A stretch of DNA of 64,000 bases, from positions 4,216,001-4,280,000 of the forward strand of contig JBHGNT010000014.1 in the NCBI GenBank assembly GCA_043228905.1. The letters are read 5' to 3'. Below the pieces are notes generated by a model. That model did not search any database. It was not told where the DNA came from and was given only the letters and a program-made list of their open reading frames with translations. Within the stretch, counting starts at the first letter, position 1; each line of letters begins with the position of its first letter. The position numbers were made by a program, and so were the translations under genes. The stretch comes from Azolla caroliniana (lineage: Eukaryota; Plantae; Polypodiophyta). Positions 23,227-35,239 of the stretch are shown in pieces.

Positions 23227-23273
23227 CCAAGTATCTCAAATAAATTTGAAATCCTTAGTCAATTAGATGAAGA

Positions 23274-23318
23274 GTTAAACGATTGAGTCCAGCCAAAATA
23301 GGAGCCGTTTGGTTGGAC
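23274..23318 (+). promoter_or_regulatory. Putative -1 programmed ribosomal frameshift signal (gag to pol)
   Basis: G TTA AAC in gag frame, 6-nt spacer, then 11-bp stem GTCCAGCCAAA/TTTGGTTGGAC; pol is in the -1 frame. Conserved in copy 2 (16323-16367, minus). Confidence 0.75.
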
Positions 23319-23564
23319 AACCCTAGATCTGTACAACCCATTAGTGGTTCCATTCCCTCCAAGCAAGTTAGCAATGTGTTCCTAGCCCAAGTCATGGTTA
23401 GTACTAAAAGTACTCCTCGAGTACAAGTCCTAGCACTTTTAGATTCCAGAGCCAATTCTTGTTTCATGGATCGAAATTTTGCCTAAGCTTCTTAGATATC
23501 CTTAAGAAAATATCCTTGCCTCACATCTGTAAGTAGTCATTGATGGTTGTCCCATTGCTTCTGG

Positions 23565-24882
23565 TGTCGTGTGAATCTTCTCACACTATGTAAAACAATA
23601 ATGAAATAATTATTATAGATTAGATTAGTAGCTTACTATAGAAAGATGGATATACTCAAGAGCTTCAAAATGTATTTTACTATATACAAAATGGAGAAAT
23701 ACATATCAAGTTATGTGAAAATAAAGTTTGAGAAGATAGAGAAATTAGAACTATCCCACATAGATAGGAAACTTAAGGCCCTGGCTATATAAGCACCTTG
23801 AGCTCCCTCATTTTTCATTTGTTCTAAGAGCACTTTGGCCACTTTGTCTTGATGGATGATGGTGGCCAAATTCCCTAAATCCGGAAACCGGCCGCTAAAC
23901 AAATCTGGAAACCGGCCTGTAAGCAAATTCGGAAAACGAGTCCGGTAAGCAAATCTGGAAACCGGTCGGTATGCAAACCGGAAACCGGCCGGTATGCAAA
24001 ACCGAAATCGGAACCAGCAAGCAAAACCGGAACCGGCCGGCAAGCAAAACCGGAACTGACCGGTAAGCAAAACCAGAACTGGAACCGGTATGCAAATCGG
24101 AACCGGCCGGTAAGCAAAACCGGAACCGGAACCGGTATGCAAACCGGAAACCGGCCGGTAAGCAAAACCGGAACCGGAACCGGCAAGCAAACCGGAACCG
24201 GTCGGCAAGCAAAATGGAACCGGCCGGCGAGGGATTCGGTGATCGGGTGGAACCGGCGACCGTACGAGGTTGGACGCAAATCGAACGGATAAAAGGATCA
24301 TGTGGCTATTTAAAGAAAAGTAAAAGAGACTAAAGTAAAGGTCAAGTGGATGGTCACATGCAACTAAAGAAAAAGCCATGCAACTAAAAGTAGAGGCCAT
24401 GCAACAAAAAGTGGAGGCATATGATCAACGAGGAACTCCATATATAATTCCATTTTTTTTCCTATACTCATATGCTCTCTCCGTATTATATTGTTCTTCT
24501 TTTCCTTCGGAGCTCTCTTATCTTATCGAAGCCAAGAACCCTAAATTTCCTTACGGAAGTCATAAACCCTAATTTCCTAATCAAAGCCATATAACTCAAA
24601 AACCCTAATTTTCGAATTGAAGCTAAAAAGCCTAATATTCTAATTAAATCCATATTTCATTTCTTCTAATCTATTATTCTAGCAATCTCCTTAAGATAAA
24701 ACTTTTGTAATCTCAATCTTGAGATTGATTGTAATCTTTCTTTTCCGTTATTAATGAAATTTGTGAATCTTTATCATTTTGTATTAATTGTTTAATATAA
24801 TCATACGAATCTGATATCTTCCGATCGGAGGCCCCGGGGTCCTACCTCAAAGTTCACGTATCCTCGTCGTATTTTCGCGACA
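23565..24882 (+). mobile_element. 1.3-kb solo LTR-like insertion with 4-bp TSD (CTGG/CCGG)
   Basis: TGTCGTG...CGCGACA termini. The uninterrupted site in copy 2 reads CCCATTGCTT-CCGG-GAATATT, so only 4 bp are duplicated. TATA-like motif near 24441. Confidence 0.85.
23875..24230 (+). repeat. CCGG-rich degenerate tandem array (AAACCGGAACCGG/GCAAA units)
   Basis: Directly visible; produces the repetitive spurious ORFs at 23711-24400. Confidence 0.9.
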
Positions 24883-27800
24883 CCGGCAATATTATAGAAG
24901 AGTCAGAACCCATTCAGGTTGTCCTAGGTAGTTTTGTGTGTGTAGAATCATTCAATATAATTAGTAGTTCAGAGCATCCCATTGTCCTAGGATTACCTTG
25001 GTCTGAACTACATAATCCAGACATAGATTGGAGAATAAGAGAAGTCTGATATCGACAACCCCAAGAATCTACTCATCGAGTTTCGACCATTTCACTACGT
25101 CAACTACGCGAAGAAGGACACAAGGAGGCAATGTTCCTATTTGCCATATCAGTACATCCTTCCAGCAATATTAAGGAGGAATCCTTAGTGCAACTTCTGG
25201 CAAAATATCATCGTTATGCCGACGTATTTGACAAGGTAAAAGTCAGTACTCTTCCTCATCATTGTCCCTACGATTGTCCCATCGATTTACAACCAGGAGC
25301 AGAGCCACCATGGGGACCAATCTACAACTTGTCACCCACCGAGTTAGAAGTCCTTCGAGCCTACATAGAGGAGAACTTGGCAAACGGGTTTATTCGTCAT
25401 TCGAAATCTCCGGCCGGAGCACCCATCTTCTTTGTCAAGAAGAAAGATGGCTCACTTCAGTCTTTTAGAGCGAGTTAATGGTGCCAATTTTTTTACAAAA
25501 ATTGATCTACGAGGAGCGTATAACCTCGTGCGGATCCGACCGGGAGTTGAATGGAAGACCGCCTTTCGCATGCGGTATGGAAATTTCGAATATATTGTTA
25601 TGCCGTTCGGTCTAACCAATGCACCCGCAGTCTTCAAACACATGGCAAATGATATATTTAGAGACCTCTTGGATATCTGTTTGATCATCTATCTGGATGA
25701 TCTATTGATTTATTCGAAGACCCGGGAAGAGCACGATTCTCATGTACTATTAGTACTAAACTGACTCCGCCGGAATGGTCTTTATGCCAAGCTAGAAAAT
25801 TGTAGCTTTGACTACAAGCAAGTGGAATTTCTAGGCTATGTTATCTCCTCAAAGGGCATCTCCATGGATCCAGCTAAAGTCCAAACTGTGCTAGAGTGGC
25901 AAATTCCACGGTCAGTACGAGATGTACAATGTTTTCTAGGTTTTGTTAACTTTTACCGCAAGTTTATACAGGATTACTCGAAGACTATTTTACCTCTCAC
26001 ACAACTTACGAAGAAGGGATAAGCATTTCTTTGGTCCAATGAAGTAGACATGGCTTTTCGGCATCTTAAGAAAGCCTTTACATCAGCACCTATTCTAGCT
26101 CATGTGGATACAAGCAAACCATTCATCATGGAGGCCGACGGATCAGATTTCGCCCTCGGTAGCATCCTTTCTCAACAATGAGATAAAGAAGAGTTACATC
26201 CTGTGGCTTTCCATTCGCGCAAATTCGATGGTGCGGAAATCAACTACGGAATACATGACAAGGAGTTATTAGCCATCGTGGATTCATTTGTGCAATGGTG
26301 GCATATTTTGGAGGGCTCTCCACATCAGGTCATCGTCTTCAATGATCACAAGAATCTTTCTTATTTCTAGAACGCTCGTGTGCTAAATCGACGGCAAGCT
26401 AGGTGGGCTCAATTCCTCACATGTTTTGATTTTAAAATCACATATCGACCGGGGAAGCAGCAAGGAAAGGCAGATGTACTATCACGGTGTTCATATCTTG
26501 CACCTCATCTTGGTGATCCAACGTTCGATAATCAAAAGCATGTAATCTTGGGACCAACACGATAGCACACAACGCAGATTTTTCACACCCCAATGGATTC
26601 CCAGATTACCGACACCATACATGCGAACTTGAAGACGGACAATTTTTCTCAAGACATTCTAGCGCACATTGATACCTCTCGAGCACCCTACTCCCAGTCT
26701 CAACAACCAGGTATGGACTACCGATAATTCGAATATCATGATGGTTTGTTATTCTTTAAAAAGATTGTATATGTCCCTAATTGCTCCTGTCGCCTTCAAA
26801 TCGTCCAAAGTTGTCACGACACCCATATGGCGAGACATTTCGGTAGCATTAAGACGTTAGATCTAGTTCAACAATCCTTTTGGTGGCCCCATATGCGACA
26901 TTTTATCGATGACTACGTTCGGACCTATGATGCTTGCTGCCGACCAAAGATGCCACGACACCATCCATATGGCCTGTTGGAACCCTTACCAATTCCAAGT
27001 AAGCCGTGGTAGTCTATTTGTCTTGACTTTATCACAAATCTGACAGTCTCGAAGGGGTTCGATGCTATCTTAACCGTCGTCGATCGATATACGAAGATGG
27101 CACATTTTGTGCCCTGTACTAAGGCCATCACTAGCGAGGAAACCGCAGCCCTTGTCATGCGTGAGGTATTTCGGCATCATGGCCTCCCAGACAGTATCAT
27201 CAGTGACCGAGGACCACAATTCGTCTCCAAAGTTTGGCAGCATCTCTTCAAGATGCTCAAGGTCTCTTGCAACCTCTCCTCCGGCTACCATCCTCAGACC
27301 GATGGGTAGGCGGAACGAACAAACCAAACACTGGAGCAATATCTCCGGTGTTTCTTGAGTTATCAACAAGACGATTGGGCCGATATTCTCCACTTTGTGG
27401 AGTTTGCGTATAATAATGTTGTTCACTCCTCAACTCGAGTCTCCCCATTCTACGCTTATATCGGTTCTCATTCTCGTTGGTCGGTGATCGACACCCCGGA
27501 GCTACCTACCAATCCTCATGCCGAGGATAATTTGGAGAGAGTACGCAAGATCTAGATGGATCTCTCTACTCATCTTCGTCATGCTCAAGAGACACAGAAG
27601 ACCTACGTGGATCGTCATCGGCTTCCCTCCTCTTTTGCTATCGGAGATCGAGTATGGCTTTTACGTCGTCACATCAAGACTACTCGACCGTGCGACAAGT
27701 TGGATTATCGACGACTCGGTCCTTTCCGTATTATCGGTAAGGTTAATGATGTCACATTCCGCCTTGATCTTCCTCCACATCCGGTCTTCCATAGTTCTCT

Positions 27801-28647
27801 TCTTGAACCTTATAAAGCAAACACTATTCCCGATCGTGTTACACCGCCGCCGCCCCTGCTTGAGTTAGACGCCGGCCCAAAGTATGAAGTTGCTACCATC
27901 CTGGACTCCAAATTTGTTCGCAACAAACTTTATTATTTGATCGATTGACTCGGCTATGGTCCGAGCAAACATACTTGGGAGCCCGTCGACCATGTCGCCA
28001 ATACTCAGGATCTTCTTGTTGATTTTCACCGACAGTATCCCGACAAACCCGATCCTCAATTAGCGTCGACTCGTTCCAGTCGTCGTCTTAAGGGGGGGGA
28101 TAGTGTCATGATATGGCAAGACTCGACCCTATGACCTTATGGTATATGGGTCAAGCTCTTAACCATCACACCATCTATTGTAATTTGTAAGATATGATTT
28201 TCATTTATGCTTTATTATAAGAAATTAATGTATATTCCAGATTTCTCTGGAACATTCTAGAAGCTTCAGGACCACTCCTGAGAGCACTATAAAAGGAGGC
28301 ACAAGGCATTGTTTTGAAGCAAATTGGTTCAACGCCAGTCTTAAGCCTCTTAGCCACTTTGTACTTATCCTTCACATAATATATTAGTTGTTATCATCCT
28401 CTCTCTCTCTCTCTCATCCTTGCTATCTCTCTCTCCTCTTCTCTCTTTCTCTCTTAGGACTCTTACGCAGTCTTGTCCTCTTAGTACTAATAGTACTTCT
28501 CTTCTTTAGTACTAATTCTCTCTCTGCTTTAGTACTATTCCTGACACCAAGGAGTATTGGGTCATCGAACCAAAACAAGATGTGTGGTTGTGGTTGAGGC
28601 AAGTGTGGAATCATGGTTGCACCAGTCGATCGTATCCCTTTGCAACA

Positions 28648-29113
28648 TTGGTTTGTGTTGTCGAATGTTTGTTCCCTGCTCTGTGTATTCGATTAGGTGG
28701 TGGTGAGGCCTCTGCTCGCATAGGAAGCCCGTGTGCTCTCGACTAGAGGCTCATCAGTCAATGTATTGTCGAGCTCGAAGCTCTGTTTTCCAGCTGACAT
28801 GCCATTCTTGTATTCTCCTTTCTGTTAATCGATTGTTGTGTTGATGCATCCGTGCTCGTTTCCTGTGTTCTTCACTCCTCTTGTGTGTTGCGTCTGTGTT
28901 CGTGTTTGTCTGTTGCTTCCGAGGAGGTGATGTTTCTCTCCGCCTCCATTCTGTGTTTATTCATTGTGTTCAAAGCCTGTGTGCTTCATAGAGGCATCTG
29001 GCAACAAAGACAGTTGGAATTCTACCGGCTTCGCAGTAACTCATTCTGACTCCCCGGTCCAAGACCCCCATGGTTCTACATGTTCTGACTCATACTCGCG
29101 GATATAGGTGACA
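28648..29113 (+). mobile_element. LTR fragment of the tRNA-Trp gypsy lineage
   Basis: Ends CCCCGGTCCAAGACCCCCATGGT...GGTGACA, the same terminal motif as LTR ends at 51454, 53112 and 57520. Left boundary uncertain. Confidence 0.55.
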
Positions 29114-29720
29114 ACATGATTTTCGAGTTCCAAGCACGGTGGGCTTGATTGAGGCCATAAAGCGACTTCTTTAGTCAGCATAGCCACAATGGGTTGATCT
29201 ACTATCTCCAACTGAAAATCAAGGGGTTGGACCATAAATACCTGTTCTTCAAGGTGGCCTTGAAGAAACACATTTTTGACATCCATCTGATGAAGATGCC
29301 ACCCCCTTGCCGCTACGACCGCCAACACCACATGGACAGTCATCATCTTCGCCACTGATGCGAAGGTCTCCTCGTAGTCGATGTTGTGGATCTGCACATA
29401 TTCTTTGGCCACCAATCGGGCCTTGTACTGGTTGACCGAACCGTCGGCGTTATATTTTACCTTGTACACCCATTTGCAGCCGATCAATTTGCAATGTTGG
29501 GGAGGGTCAACCAAGTCCCATATCTTGTTGGCATCAAGTGTTTGCATTTCTTCCTCCATAGCTCATCGCCATTTGGCATCCTGTGATGCCTTCGCATACC
29601 TCTCTAGCACGCGGACTTCTGCCACTTTCGTCATGTACACATAGTGGTGTGCCATGTATTCATTGTAACCATACCGGATCACTAGGTTCTTGTGGCGAGT
29701 CGATCGATGTAATTGTCGAA
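29114..29720 (-). pseudogene. Copia family A RT fragment
   Basis: WDLVDPP..CKWVYKVKY..YKARLVAK..QMDVKN; closely similar to 11238-11820. Confidence 0.88.
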
Positions 29721-30150
29721 TACGGATCTCTAAAGGTCGTATTCACAAAGTTCCTTTGGACAGTCTAGGTTTAGGAAATCTTTGTAAATATGTTAGAAGG
29801 TAGTTGCCCTAGCCCTGTTCGATCCGACGGAATTCACTCCTCCATTGCCATCATTCTACACTCAGTTGTCGCCATTGTTCGGTCCTAGATTGTCAAAACT
29901 GTTCAATCAAACAGAGTTCACTCCTCCACTACCGCCATTCTACACGCAGTTGCTGCCACTATTCGGCCCTAGATTACCACCATTGTTCGGTCTTGGATTT
30001 GAATAACTATTCTGTCTATTGATTATCTTGTGTATTGTTGTGTATAATCTTGTGTACTGCGGAATATTTTTGTGTATTGTTGTTGCCCATAGCCATCTTT
30101 AATACGTGTCTTTTTTTCGGGAAAATTAGGGTTTAAACCCGTCAAGCCAA

Positions 30151-30912
30151 ATGGAAGGGGAAGGAGGGTGTTTAGAATTACCCCTCAATGATCATCAGGA
30201 TAGGGATGACGCTATCAAGTCACAACAAGTGATACAAAAGTATTGGGTAGAAAAAAAAAGAAAACATCGTCAATTGTTGAAGGATGCGAAAGCCACACTC
30301 ACTAAAGGTAAAGATAGTATTGGTTGGGATATAGGTCTAAATATCACTGAGAATGGAAGTAATGAGACTACTATCATAGAGAAAAAGGTTGTAGACTATT
30401 TCAATGTTTAAACCAAGCACATCAGCAATGAAGACAACAAGGTAGTACTTTATGGAATATTAAATGATCCATCGATAAAGGAGTTAGTTGATTGTGATGG
30501 TCTTAATGCAAACATAACATATGTACTAGTAAATAATCTCCGTAATAGTTTCATATCCATGAGTAGGTCAGAAGATGATCTTGTCTTAAAAAGTTCTAGT
30601 CTAATGATGTTACTTAATAGTGATGTTGACGATATTAACATCAGTGTGATATCTAAGGTAATTGGTGTTAGTAGAAAAAGTGTGTGCAATACATTGAACC
30701 GGATAGTCTCCTCAAGTGAAGGAACTAGTTTGCTAAAGCTAACAACAAGATGTAAGCCAATGACACCCATAACATCATAAATCAAGAATATAATCACAAT
30801 ATTTTGGACTAATGAGAGTAGGGTTTCACCCAATAAGAAGGACTTATGCAGGAAATGTGTTGGAAGGAATCAATATGAGGAGCATCCCATTCATCTTCTT
30901 GATGTATCTCCG
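30151..30912 (+). pseudogene. Broken ORF, possibly DNA-transposon derived
   Basis: Stop-interrupted frame ending FWTNESRVSPNKKDLCRKCVGRNQYEEHPIHLLDVS, then an intron-like transition into the palindrome array. Family assignment is from memory only. Confidence 0.35.
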
Positions 30913-30949
30913 ATATTTACATTTATCTCAACATTTGTTTTGACTTTTG

Positions 30950-33075
30950 AGCTTAGTTAGTTAGCTTATTAGCTACCTCTGAATATGACCATACCCGAAT
31001 GGCTAATTACCTACCTTAGAATATGACCATAGCTAATTAGCTACCAATAATAGCTAATTAGCTACCAAAATAGCTAATTAGCTCCCTAAGTATATCGAAC
31101 ATAGCTATTTAGCTACCAGAATAACTAATTAGGTACCATTCATAGCTATTTAGCTACCACAATAACTAATTAGTTGCCTATAACAATAGCTAATTAGCTA
31201 CTAGAGTAGCTAATTAGTTGCTTATGACTAGCTAATTAGCTACCAGAATTGCTAATCCCCTACTGGAATAGCTACTGTATTAAACTATGGTAGTAGCTAA
31301 TTAGCTAAAGTATAGTAGTAGCTAATTAGCTACCACTTAGTTAATTAGCTACTCAGCTGAAGTATGGTAGTAGCTAATTAGCTAAGTGTTAGCTAACTAG
31401 CGACTCGGCTAAAGTATGGTAGCAACTAATTAGCCACTATAACTAAAGTATGGTAGTAGCTAATTAGTTAACACTTAACTAATTAGCTACTCAACTAAAG
31501 TATGGTAGTAGCTAATTAGCTACCACTTAGCTAATTAGCTACTCAACTGAAGTATGGTAGTAGCTAATTAGCTACCAATTAGCTAATTAGTGACTCAGCT
31601 AAAGTATGGTAGTAGCTAATTACCCACTATAACTAAAGTATGGTAGTAGCTAATTAGCTACCACTTAGCTAATTAGCTTACTGTTGTGAACCTCAAATTT
31701 ACATGATGTTTCCAATATTTCATGGCTTTTCACATCATTGCCTAATTCATTACCATCTTCCAAAAGAATAGGGTGGAGCTGATCTGAAGGAGATGTGATA
31801 GCATGACTCTTACTTTCAGCCACGTTGGCAACTATCTCCTCATCGGTTGCAGCGTCATCAACACCAGACATCTCATGCACCCTCCTTAATCCACAAGATT
31901 CTACAACAACACGGTTGCTAATTAGCTACATCTTAGCTAACTAGTTATTCTTCTAGACTATGATAGTAGCTAATTAGCTACTTCGCTTAGGTATGGTACT
32001 AGCTAATTAGCCACTATAACTAAAGTATGGTAGTAGCTAATTAGCTGCCACTTAGCTAATTAGCTACTATACTAAACTATGGTAGTAGCTAATTAGATAC
32101 CACTTAGCTAATTAGCTACTATACTAAACTATATTAGTAGCTAATTAGGTACCACTTAGCTACTCAGCTAAGGTATGGTAATCACTAATTAGCTACCACT
32201 TAGTTAATTAGCTACTGTACTAAACTATGGTAGTAGCTAATTAGCTACTCAACTAAAGTATGGTAGTTGCAAATTAGCTACCACTTACCTAATTAGCTAC
32301 CGTACTAAACTATGGTAGTAGCTAATTAGCTACAACTTAGCTAATTAGCTACTATACTAAACTATTGTAATAGCTAATTAGCTACCATTTAGCTAATTAG
32401 CTACTGTATTAAACTATGGTAGTAGCTTATTAGCTACCACTTAGCCACTTAGCTACCACTTAACTAATTAGCTACCACTTAGCTAATTAGCTATTGTACT
32501 AAACTATGGTAGTAGATAATTAGCTTCCACTTAGCTAATTAGCTACTCAACTGAAGTATGGTGGTAGCTAATTAGCTACTGTACTAAACTATGATAGTAG
32601 CTAATTAGCTACCACTTAGCTAATTAGCTACTCAACTAAAATATGGTAGTAGCTAATTAGCTACCACTTAGCTAATTAGCTACTGTACTAAACTATGGTA
32701 GTAGCTAATTAGTTACTAAGCTAAAGTATTGTAGTAGCTAATTAGCTACCACTTAACTAATTAGTTACTCAACTAAACTGTGGTAGTAGATAATTAGCTA
32801 CTATAGTCAACTATTGTAGTAGCTAATTAGTTACTTAGTTACTCAATTAAACTATGGTAGTAGCTAATTAGCTACCATTTAGCTAATTAGCTATTGTACC
32901 AAACTATGGTAGTAGCTAATTGGCTACCACTTAGCTAATTAGCTACTCAGCTAAAGTATGGTGGTAGCTAATTACCTACCACTTAGCTAATTAACTACAT
33001 GTTAGGTAATTAGCTACTACACTACAACCATAATAGCTAAATAGTTTCCACACTTTATACAGCTTACCTAATTAG
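30950..33075. repeat. Array of the 14-bp palindrome TAGCTAATTAGCTA with a ~52-bp higher-order unit
   Basis: Dozens of copies with spacers CCACT and CTGTACTAAACTATGGTAG; interrupted by unique sequence at about 31680-31917; spacer style changes near 31270. Confidence 0.95.
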
Positions 33076-34960
33076 CTACACAATGGTCACAAGCAACAAT
33101 TTTACCTGTGTGTTTTCGCCACTCATCTAGGAGAGTTGTACTACAATCCCCCAAACAGAATGCAGCAATGTGACAGGCATATTGAAAACAAACGATATGG
33201 TATGTGTGATGGCATGGTTGTAGGTGAACCAATAGAGTAGCAGATTTGTCCTCTACACGTAATCCACAAGCGATGCAACGTGCTTGAACAATCAATATAT
33301 CGTTTCCTGGTTCTCCTTCATTTCGTAAGGGAGCAAGAATGTTCAGGTCCAATTCTTGTCTGCTCCTTACCATCCCCTCCGCAAAATGTAGCGGCTTCTT
33401 AAGGCAGCGAACTACCTGTTCTTGACAGGAGTATTGTTCCTTCAACGCAGCTGAGAAATTTACCGACTAATTATTCCTTAATGAGGAAAATACAACAAGA
33501 AACAAGAATCATTAACTTACTTGTAGCTTTTCCAAATTGTAATCAGCGACAGTATTTACACCTAGAAGGTCCAGGTTCATTGAAAGAACTTGGATCTTTA
33601 TCTGTAGTTGAATTTTCCGTTGGGGATCCAGCGACCCCTCAATTTCAAGTTCATATTGAGCAACCTATTCCAGATAATGCCTTAGTAGCACATTTTCATG
33701 TACAAGTTATTTATAACATATTACATACTAGCAAAACAATAGGTACCTTAATCTTATTTCTGATTGTTGTAACTACCAAAGTGACTTTGCTCTCCATCGC
33801 AGCAGCCAATGTTGCATTCTCTAAATCAATCTTAAAAAACTCCAATGTCTCACAGGCTTCATGGACATTTTTTAGCATATAGTTAATCAATGTCTCACCT
33901 GTATCATTGACATTGGCTTTCATTGTGTGTCGGTGTGGCATATACTTGGGGGTTTGTTGGGAGTCGGCAATTGCATCATCAACTGCCATGCTCCAAAATC
34001 TTGCCATTTTTTGTTGCAAGCTCCCCATCTTTCGACATCTTTCTACTGATGCCTCACCATAAATTTCCCAAGCTACCCTGTGCATTTCAGAGATTCCTTC
34101 GTTGTTTTGCAATACTCGTATGCAAAAGCTCTGGCAAATGAAACGGACAACTCGTTGTTGACCGGGATCTCTTTATGTACTTTCTGGTGCAGTCTCATGC
34201 AGTCGTACAGGTCTAGTCGTACATGCTTGAGCTTGACCTTGCCTTTCACTCTAGGAACTTTATATATTGACATCCAGTCTACATCACTAATCAATCTATT
34301 TGTTAGAACAGCAGGGTTAATACCCTCGAGCGACAGATCATATACGTTGTGAAAGTCCTCCTTTGTCTTGCAAAATTTTGCGAAGTTCAGCACTTTTTTA
34401 ATGTGAATTTGGTGCAAAATTACAACACTTTGAGACAGTAATCTGAAATTTGTAATCTGTCCTTTTCAACATGTATCAGAAATCAACCACTTAAAAAATC
34501 AAAAACCCTAATCAAAATTTGTCATGAGAATTGGTGCAAAATTACAACACATTGCGACAGTAATCAGAAATTTGTAACCAGAAACTTGTAATATGAAATT
34601 TGTAATCAGACACCCTAAACCATTTAAGGGAAACACAAACCCTAATCATCACTAAAGGCAGAAATCAACCGTACTATGAAATTCTGTCAATCAGAAACAC
34701 ACCTGCTACCCCGATCTTCGAGACATCCTTGTTTGGGACTCCAACGACTTCGCCCTATTTGATTTTTGGGAAAGATGAACAGGAACCAAAGTTACAAACA
34801 GTTATCAAAATGGAATAAATAAATAAATTTAATATGTAACTGATACATACCTGGACAAGGATCAACTTGCTCGTGTGTTGTAGCTCTGAAGGTGCAATGT
34901 CGATCTCAGAGTTTTTGTGCTGCTGCGGGGGCTTCGTCTGTGTTCATGCTCAGAGTATTC
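31680..34960 (-). pseudogene. Multi-exon transposon-associated gene with RING-finger-like exon
   Basis: Coding-like blocks 34073-34440, 33711-34112, 33106-33450 (CIAC..QPCHHTYHIVC..CLGDC) and about 31682-31917, with GT donors (GTATGT ~34850, GTGTGT ~34701, GTAAAA ~33105, GTAAGC ~31681). Frameshifts present. Confidence 0.55.
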
Positions 34961-35179
34961 CATCTATTTGGAGTTTGAACTCGAACTCAGGATTATCAAG
35001 AATTTAATAACATTCAAGTCGACCTTAGATGATGGCACTATTGCCCATGTTCCACTCTGTTAGAAACCAAAGTTCAAATATTTGAGTATTCTCATAAATT
35101 AAATGACATGTATTTAACTAATAAAACATAAAATTTCGTAAACCATCCTTATGATTTTCCCACAAAAAACTAGTTAAAC

Positions 35180-35230
35180 AAATAGCTAATTAGTTGTGGC
35201 CATTTTAGCAGCTATTTAGTTATAATAGTG
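35180..35230 (-). mobile_element. Probable CACTA (En/Spm) terminal end
   Basis: Minus strand from 35230 reads CACTATTATAACTAAATAGCTGC...ACTAATTAGCTA, with subterminal copies of the array motif; unrelated gypsy sequence starts just outside. Partner end not found. Confidence 0.55.
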
Positions 35231-35239
35231 TTTCCACTC

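Larger units (their letters stand above)
21540..28546 (+). mobile_element. Full-length Tcn1-like chromovirus copy 3 (degenerate ORFs) with TSD CCAAG
   Basis: LTRs 21540-21998 and 28104-28546 (TGTCA...TGACA); CCAAG at 21535-21539 and 28547-28551; gag about 22069-23286; pol 23283-28090 with many stops; PPT AAGGGGGGGGATAG. About 18 LTR-LTR differences in the first ~295 nt by manual count. Confidence 0.96.

Noticed and set aside
23711-24400. Repetitive ORFs (RFRF, GSGF) as proteins
   Set aside because: Open frames arise from a stop-free tandem array in a solo LTR.
29679-29685. CACTA as the left end of the DNA transposon
   Set aside because: Lies inside the copia RT-upstream fragment and does not match the 35230 terminus beyond 5 bp.
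30950-33075. Palindromic repeats with spacers as CRISPR-like
   Set aside because: Spacers are themselves repeated (CCACT and a ~19-bp unit), as in a minisatellite.
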